Part shown: in pieces, positions 58,110 through 64,000 of the stretch
How the letters are laid out: each line of letters begins with the position of its first letter
Position numbering within the stretch: position 1 is the stretch's first letter
The notes under the pieces: model-generated
What the model was told of the DNA's origin: nothing
Database searches by the model: none
What the model saw: only the letters and a program-made list of their open reading frames with translations
NCBI GenBank assembly: GCA_010093605.1
Contig: MU004189.1
Span: forward strand, 317,834 to 381,833
Reading direction: 5' to 3'
Length of the DNA: 64,000 nucleotides
Source: Lophium mytilinum
Lineage: Eukaryota
Made by a program: the position numbers and the translations under genes

Positions 58110-60375
58110 CTATATGATCCGGACCGTCTTCTTCACATCAAACCAATCTGGCGCCGATTTGAAAATATCTCCGACTAGAATATCATGATTCACATCATCC
58201 TTGTTGATGTATCGCACCTGAGTTGCCGGGAAGATTAGACCGACACGCTCATACGAGCCCGGAACCGCCACACTGGCTTTCAACACCAGAACTGACGCGC
58301 GGTATGGTCCGACGGAATCACTGTAGGGCCCACTCAATATCCTTTCGCACTCAAGCACGAGCAGCAGCACGGGCTCTCCGTCTTGGACTTCCGTGCCTGC
58401 ATGCCCAGGAGATTTGAAATCGGGAGGGATATCGAGAGAAAAGCAATGGAAGCGTCCGTGGCGCTGCAATTCGACTAAACAGGATATTCCGCTGCCATTT
58501 ACACGGCAGTAACGAGTTTTGCTGATGGTAGCGGTGCCTGTCCATCCGTTGACGACTAAGAACCCACTCCTTACTCGACCGTGAGGATCCACACCTTGTA
58601 CTTCGCATCTCGCATCCAACGCCTCCGCTGAATCAAGAACGCCTTCTTGGCGAAGTGATCGATTGAAGTCTTCATCCAAATCAATCGGGGATCGCCAGCG
58701 TAGGTAATTGATGGGGCCCTCGACGGAGGCCCAGGAGAAGGATGGTGCACGATATTGATGGGGACGGCTAACATGGCTCGTGTAATATGGATCAGGCTCC
58801 CAATACAAGCAGTGTGGGAAATGTTGGTACCAGATGCCCGCAAGATATCCAGATGGGTTCGATTTTGCCAAACCTGACAGTACCGGAAGTCGATCTTCTT
58901 CTTTCGTGAGCCGCAGCCGGCTGCACTCCTCAACCATAGCCTGCCACGCCCAGTGGTATGCCACATCACTACTGTTCTCCAAAACTTCAATGTAAACGTT
59001 TCGAGTGCTTTGTCCCAATCGACGGCCTTGTTCTATCTGTGTCCTATCATCATCAGGGCAACATTCACAGAACAGCCCTTGGTTGCATTCCCAGTATAGC
59101 TCCATAGGCCCAAAGTGGACAATGCGCGGGCTAAGTACACGCTCTTGCAGAGCCCATGCCCTTGAATAGAGAGGTAGTCCGAGACGTACAACCGTGTCCG
59201 GGCTGCGCCGAGGGTTATGGAAGATTGTGGAATGGTCTGGCTCGAGCGCCATCCATCCTAAGCTGGATTCGAATGGCTCCCAAAGTTTGGGATGTCGTAG
59301 ATACTTGGCAACTTCCACGATATTTGGCTGCGATCTTTTCCATATATAAGAGGGTTGATGAGAGTTCGGGAAGCATCCGAACCTGCCATCAGGAGATCTC
59401 GTTGCGGCAATGGTGAGGTCAGCGTTCCTAAACACCGAAGCCATGCTCGAAGCTTCGTACTCCCAGTCGATCAACGAGTCCTGTATTATGCAGAGCGAGT
59501 CGACCCACAAGTGACAGAACCCTAGCTTTCGTGTAAGTACGACGGAATCTTGAAAGGTCTTCCCAAGGCTCTCAAATTTTATCTCCCTTTGACGATCTTG
59601 TAATGTACCCAGCGTGGTAGTCATTGTTGGATACTGACCCCAGCAGTGGCTGAGTGCAACGTATCGGCCCATTATTCCTTTGGTTTCCCGAAGTTGGATG
59701 CTCGTAGCTGTAAGATGAAGAACCCTGCTAGGAAGATGGCCTGTCCTTTGCATCTTGCATTTGTTATGAGTTTCACATTGCTGGATCCAGTTTGAGATTT
59801 TTTGAGAGACACAACTCAGTGTAGTATCGAAATCTTTGTTTGTGAAAGCCCTCTGTAGTTTGAAGCGTGCTATTATAGGTTTAGTTGAAGGAAAGATACT
59901 CTATGGCGGAGCACTCACATTCAGGCCCGAGTAGGAAGTTAATAGACGCCATGTTCTCGAATCCAATAGAGATCATCCTATTTAACCCTTCATCTTTATA
60001 AAATGGACGAATTTTTTGTTCCGGGAATGACACAGTAACCTTTGAGAGGTCTAGGTCCTCCCCTACTAACATCCGGTCTTGCAGGAAGTGATTCAAAGTA
60101 CTGAACAGCGCCTTGCATTTTCCGCAGCCTAGGTCTCGTAGATTCGCTAATGTTGTGTTGATGCTAGACTCTAGCGGTGAGGGTGCCCAGCATTTCTCCT
60201 GCCTGGAACATATTTGACAGCCCTCGTCCTGCCATACTTGGGCAAAGGGTGAGCCCGAGGCCGCAGGGGGAGCGGTGGGGAGAGCTGGAGGCGCTGCTGG
60301 GCGTGGCCCACGTATTTCGGCCTTACTTCTCCGTTGATTCCTGCTAGTGATCACCGAAAGGAAGGAGTTAGCCAT
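58110..60375 (-). CDS. HET (heterokaryon incompatibility) domain protein, 2 exons (60375-59919, 59869-58110)
   Basis: WIQQC..H..C, LPSRVL, YVALSHCWG, KTFQDSV, HLWVDSLCIIQDS, LYSRAWALQER.LSPR, DRLPVLSGLA and YRAPSFSWAS motifs. A GTGAGT..TAG intron joins the upstream ORF in frame. Confidence 0.9.
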
Positions 60376-60858
60376 AACACGGAGCTCTTTGGCGGACAAG
60401 CCGCAGTGGAATCGGGTTGATCAAGGGAAAATTTAGCTGGCCTTGTTAGTAGAGATAGGACTGCTGTGAGGTGCTGGGCTCACCGGTCGCTAACATTACC
60501 TAGCGTCATCTTCTAGGCTAGTGGCTGAGGGGAACGGACATGTAGGCACGACATGTGACCAATGCAATATGGCTACTACCAGGATTGGATATGTGCAAGT
60601 CTTTCTTCCATAACTTGACTATACTACCAAAACTTACAACGAGCAGCCATTGCAGCCATATAACGCAACCGTATACAGAGACTAAGCTGCCTCACTAGCA
60701 ACCCCGCCAAACCCAAAAGACGCCCAAACGCGCGATATGCTCCCATTCCAGACACAGTGTCTAGATGGTTTGAACCGGGCCAGCAATGCAGTTCCACCCA
60801 GAACCCCAACATAGGAAACCTCCAAGGATTTCTCAGGACAAAAACAAAGCTTATAGCT

Positions 60859-62801
60859 TCAATCAATATTCTCCGGCCGCTTTATCGGACTCTGTCTGAC
60901 CGGGCTCTCGATTCGGCTGTCAGCAACCAAGGGAGGGATATGTAGACTGTTCCTGATGCTTCCCCTCGTTCCGCTTGCTGAGGCAGTGCTAGCCCTTGGC
61001 TGATCTGGATCGTTCACTAGGACCGGCGCATATTCCTCCGCCACCAAGTGCGCCTGGAGCCTGGCATCGTCGCGCATCTTCTTAATCTTAATGTAATTGT
61101 ATGCAGCAATGCTCGCAATGGTTATGAGCAAGCCGGAAAAGTTTATGGGTGTCAGGTGGTCGTCGAAAACGATGTTGGCAGCGGAGATGGTGACGACCTC
61201 CTTGAAAATGCCGCAGATGGAGAGTGTGACTACCGATGTACGTTTAAGAAGGGCGAACTCGGACGACGTCATTAGAAAGGCGAGACAGCCGGGAAATAGA
61301 AGAATGCCGATGCCTAAAACCGGGCCTTTGGTCTCCATGAGCTGAGAGAAGCCCCCTGCGAGCGCGGAGAAGCCCTCTACTGGTATGGCAATGACAAGAA
61401 GAGATAGAAACATGACGGGTGCGAGAAAGAATATGGAGGAGAAGGGATTTGAGGTTGCGGGATTGCGAAGGAGGAGGATTTGCGTTAGGGACCAGCGGAA
61501 GCCGGAGGAGAGCGCGGATGACATAACTAGGATGAATCCTAGAGCGTTGAAGGCGGTTTCACCCGCGACCATCATTACTACGCCAACGGTCATGATGAGA
61601 ATTATGAGGACGAGTTTCCAGGATGGCTTTTCGAGCCGGAAGAGAAAAGCGAATATGAGGACAAAGCCGAGGGCGGAGGACTTGCACATTGCTGGAGTTG
61701 GTTAGTAAAGCGATACATATGGTGATGCAGCCTGATCTTACTGAAGAAGGTTAGAGTTATAAATCTCAAACTCATGTTCCCCAAGCCAATATCCATGCCC
61801 GTTGCGACTCCGCATGGCCCAAGACGTGTGAAATAAAACCACTTGGTCATAAGTGGCTTCTTCGGATCAATAGCCTCAGCAGGAGGGGGAGGACCGCGGA
61901 AGGAATGAGGGTTGCTAATCGAATCGTGTCGAGGACGAAATGCTGGTATGAGAAATAGGACCAGCGATGCGAGGGAGAATTGCACAATCATATGCAGGCA
62001 GGTCGTGAATAGCGGGAACGGGAATATGTTCTTGGTTTCTCCATCCTCCTCTTCCTTGAACATCCATTTGTTATACTGATCTAGTTAGCACCCGATACGC
62101 TGCATTGTAACATGGGAAACTCACCAGTGATATTGAGATTGAAAAGAAGTACCTATTGAGCTGTTAGCAACGCTCACCACGCAGACTCGAAACAAAGCTC
62201 ACCATAATCCAATTAACACCGCGTTTATGAGCATGGATCTTACCATGCTCTGCGAAGCCATCTTTTCCTCCTCCTTTGAAATGCTGTGGTCCGGCACAAT
62301 GCGCTCATCGAACCTGGTATGCTGCCTCTTGCGTCTCCTCCGCCGCCGCCTGTCTCTCGCCGTCAACCCCGTCTCCTCATCGTCCTCGAGTTCATCGTCG
62401 GACCGCATATCATCCAGCTCGAGATCGGTGCTCTCGGTCTTGTCGGAAGAATCCGAAAGCTCCCCGTCAGACGAAGACCCGTCCTCTTCGATGCGCGGCT
62501 GCGACTGCGTCCGCTGGTGCTTCTTCGCTGCGGGTTCACCGCCCGGGAGATTCGCAGCTCCTGCGCCGGCAAGTGATGCACTTCTTCGTCGGGCGTGGTT
62601 CGTAGGCGGCGCTTCCATAGAATCGGCGGAGGTGAGCTTTGCTACGCGTGACGAGTGGTGGTGATGGTCCTCGGGGTCGTCCGAGGCCGGAGAGGACGGG
62701 CTGGAGAGCGTTGCAAGCGGGACCGCATCAGCAGGATGCCGTGGGTCTGTATAGAGAGTGGAGGAGGAAGAGGAGGTTTGCCAGTCGTGTGCGCGGGTCA
62801 T
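60859..62801 (-). CDS. Triose-phosphate-transporter family nucleotide-sugar transporter (Ymd8-like), 4 exons including a 28-nt micro-exon
   Basis: LIGLW/YFFSISISL/YNKWMF, FPFPLFTTCLHM, DIGLGNMSL, MCKSS, SGFRWSLTQILL and TSVVTLSICGIFKE motifs. Confidence 0.93.
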
Positions 62802-63092
62802 GCTCTCCTTGGCCGCCCTTCACCAAGTGGATGTCGGGTTAGTGCCTTGGCGGGGGAGATCAGCTGGGTCGAAGAAGTGCATTAGGGGGAGCTTCGCGAT
62901 GCGGCTGGAGGTCGCGAGGTGCTGGAGTCGACAGCGCGGCGGTTAAGGGACGATATTTAGCTATTCTTTCATGGCCTAGACTGGTGTGCAGGGTGTCAGA
63001 GGTGTCAAGGTTCTCAAAACAGGTGTCCCCTTTCGTTGCTGATCGTTCCCTGCTCACGTGACTCTTAGACTGCACATCTGCATTGCTAGGTC

Positions 63093-63554
63093 TTAAGTTC
63101 GAGCAGATGGATATACCACTGCTCGCACTCCACTCTTGCTCGCTCGAAAGCGCTGTCAGGAGTGACCCAGCTAGCCCCCGGATGGTCAGTCACGGGGTAG
63201 TCGAATTGGCACCGTGTCGACCTTGACATCGCACCTAGAGTTTTGAGAACTTATAGAGGCACCCCAAATACTGGCGAACAGGAGATCGGAGTCATTCGTA
63301 GGACCAGCTGATTTCAATTGTGTTAAGTTCGGGCATACGGATATAACACTGCTCAGACTCCACTCTTGCTCGCCCGAAAGCGCTGTCAGGAGTGGCCTAG
63401 CTATTCCGCGGATGGTCAGTCAAGGGGTGGTCGAATTGGCACCGTGTCGACCTTGACATCGCACCTAGAGCTTTGAGAACCTATAGAGGCACCCCAAACA
63501 CTGGCGAACAGGAGATCGGAGTCATTCATGAGTCCAGTTGATTTCAATTGTGTT
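63093..63554. repeat. 230-bp tandem duplication, roughly 90% identical
   Basis: Copies start TTAAGTTCG at 63093 and 63323 and both end ATTTCAATTGTG. They share long identical blocks such as GTCGAATTGGCACCGTGTCGACCTTGACATCGCACCTAGAG. Confidence 0.95.
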
Positions 63555-63779
63555 GTACATCATCTCATTTTCTAGAGCCATTCAGCAAGCCCATTACTCC
63601 AAGTTCTGGACCACGCATCTTGTATCAAAGAGTACCCCCCATCCGCTTCCGATTGTGCAGCACCACCGACTATTCAATCCAGAATCCAAGGCCATGAACC
63701 CTCAATCAGCTTTGACTTGTTTCGATGCTACGAGGTCCGCCAGCAAGCCATTATCGCCTCATCGCCCCCTACCCCATTC

Positions 63780-63965
63780 TCAGAATATGTTCTTCAACAA
63801 GGCCCTCAAGAACCCATCCTCTTTCGCCGCCTCCTTGGGGAACATCCTCTTCTTCAAGTGAGTGTACCTGATCAACTGCCACTTGGTTCTGAAGAGGTGC
63901 ACCTTTCCTCCAGTACGGCGACAGTCAAGCAGGTCGCAAATGTTGACATTGACTCGGGCAAGGGC
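63780..63965 (-). CDS. Last exon of a small fungal hypothetical protein (5' part lies outside the window)
   Basis: GCTAAC branch point and TAG acceptor (63968-63966), then ALARVNVNICDLLDCRRTGGKVHLF...MFPKEAAKEDGFLRALLKNIF*. It resembles a recurrent fungal uncharacterised family. The exon has no ATG of its own, so it is absent from the ORF track. Confidence 0.7.
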   Translation of the reverse strand, partial: ALARVNVNICDLLDCRRTGGKVHLFRTKWQLIRYTHLKKRMFPKEAAKEDGFLRALLKNIF

Positions 63966-64000
63966 CTATGCACAGGAAGTTAGCACTATCATCTACCATT

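Overview
Eukaryotic DNA from a filamentous ascomycete (Pezizomycotina; gene content looks Dothideomycete-like, which is an inference). Introns are short, with GT-AG ends and CTRAC branch points. By manual splicing I find about 23 protein-coding loci. The conserved ones include cul3, zim17, a TFIIIC subunit, alg1, msc2, ubp14, isu1, the carnitine carrier crc1, a CYP52-clan P450, a GH20 hexosaminidase and a TPT-family transporter. Accessory-type genes include a DUF1996-WSC protein, GH128, an MFS permease, a multidomain subtilase, a HET-domain protein and small orphans. No tRNA, rRNA, CRISPR array or intact transposon was seen. The strongest oddity is isu1: its conserved YHEKVLDHY motif is only restored by removing a 148-nt AT-AC intron that has U2-type signals. 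Also notable are recurrent sharp C-rich to G-rich skew switches that override codon usage, several degenerate intergenic tandem arrays (about 152, 107, 230, 80, 21 and 13 bp units), and a three-exon orphan gene split in the ORF track. All family assignments come from recognised motifs; no database search was run.
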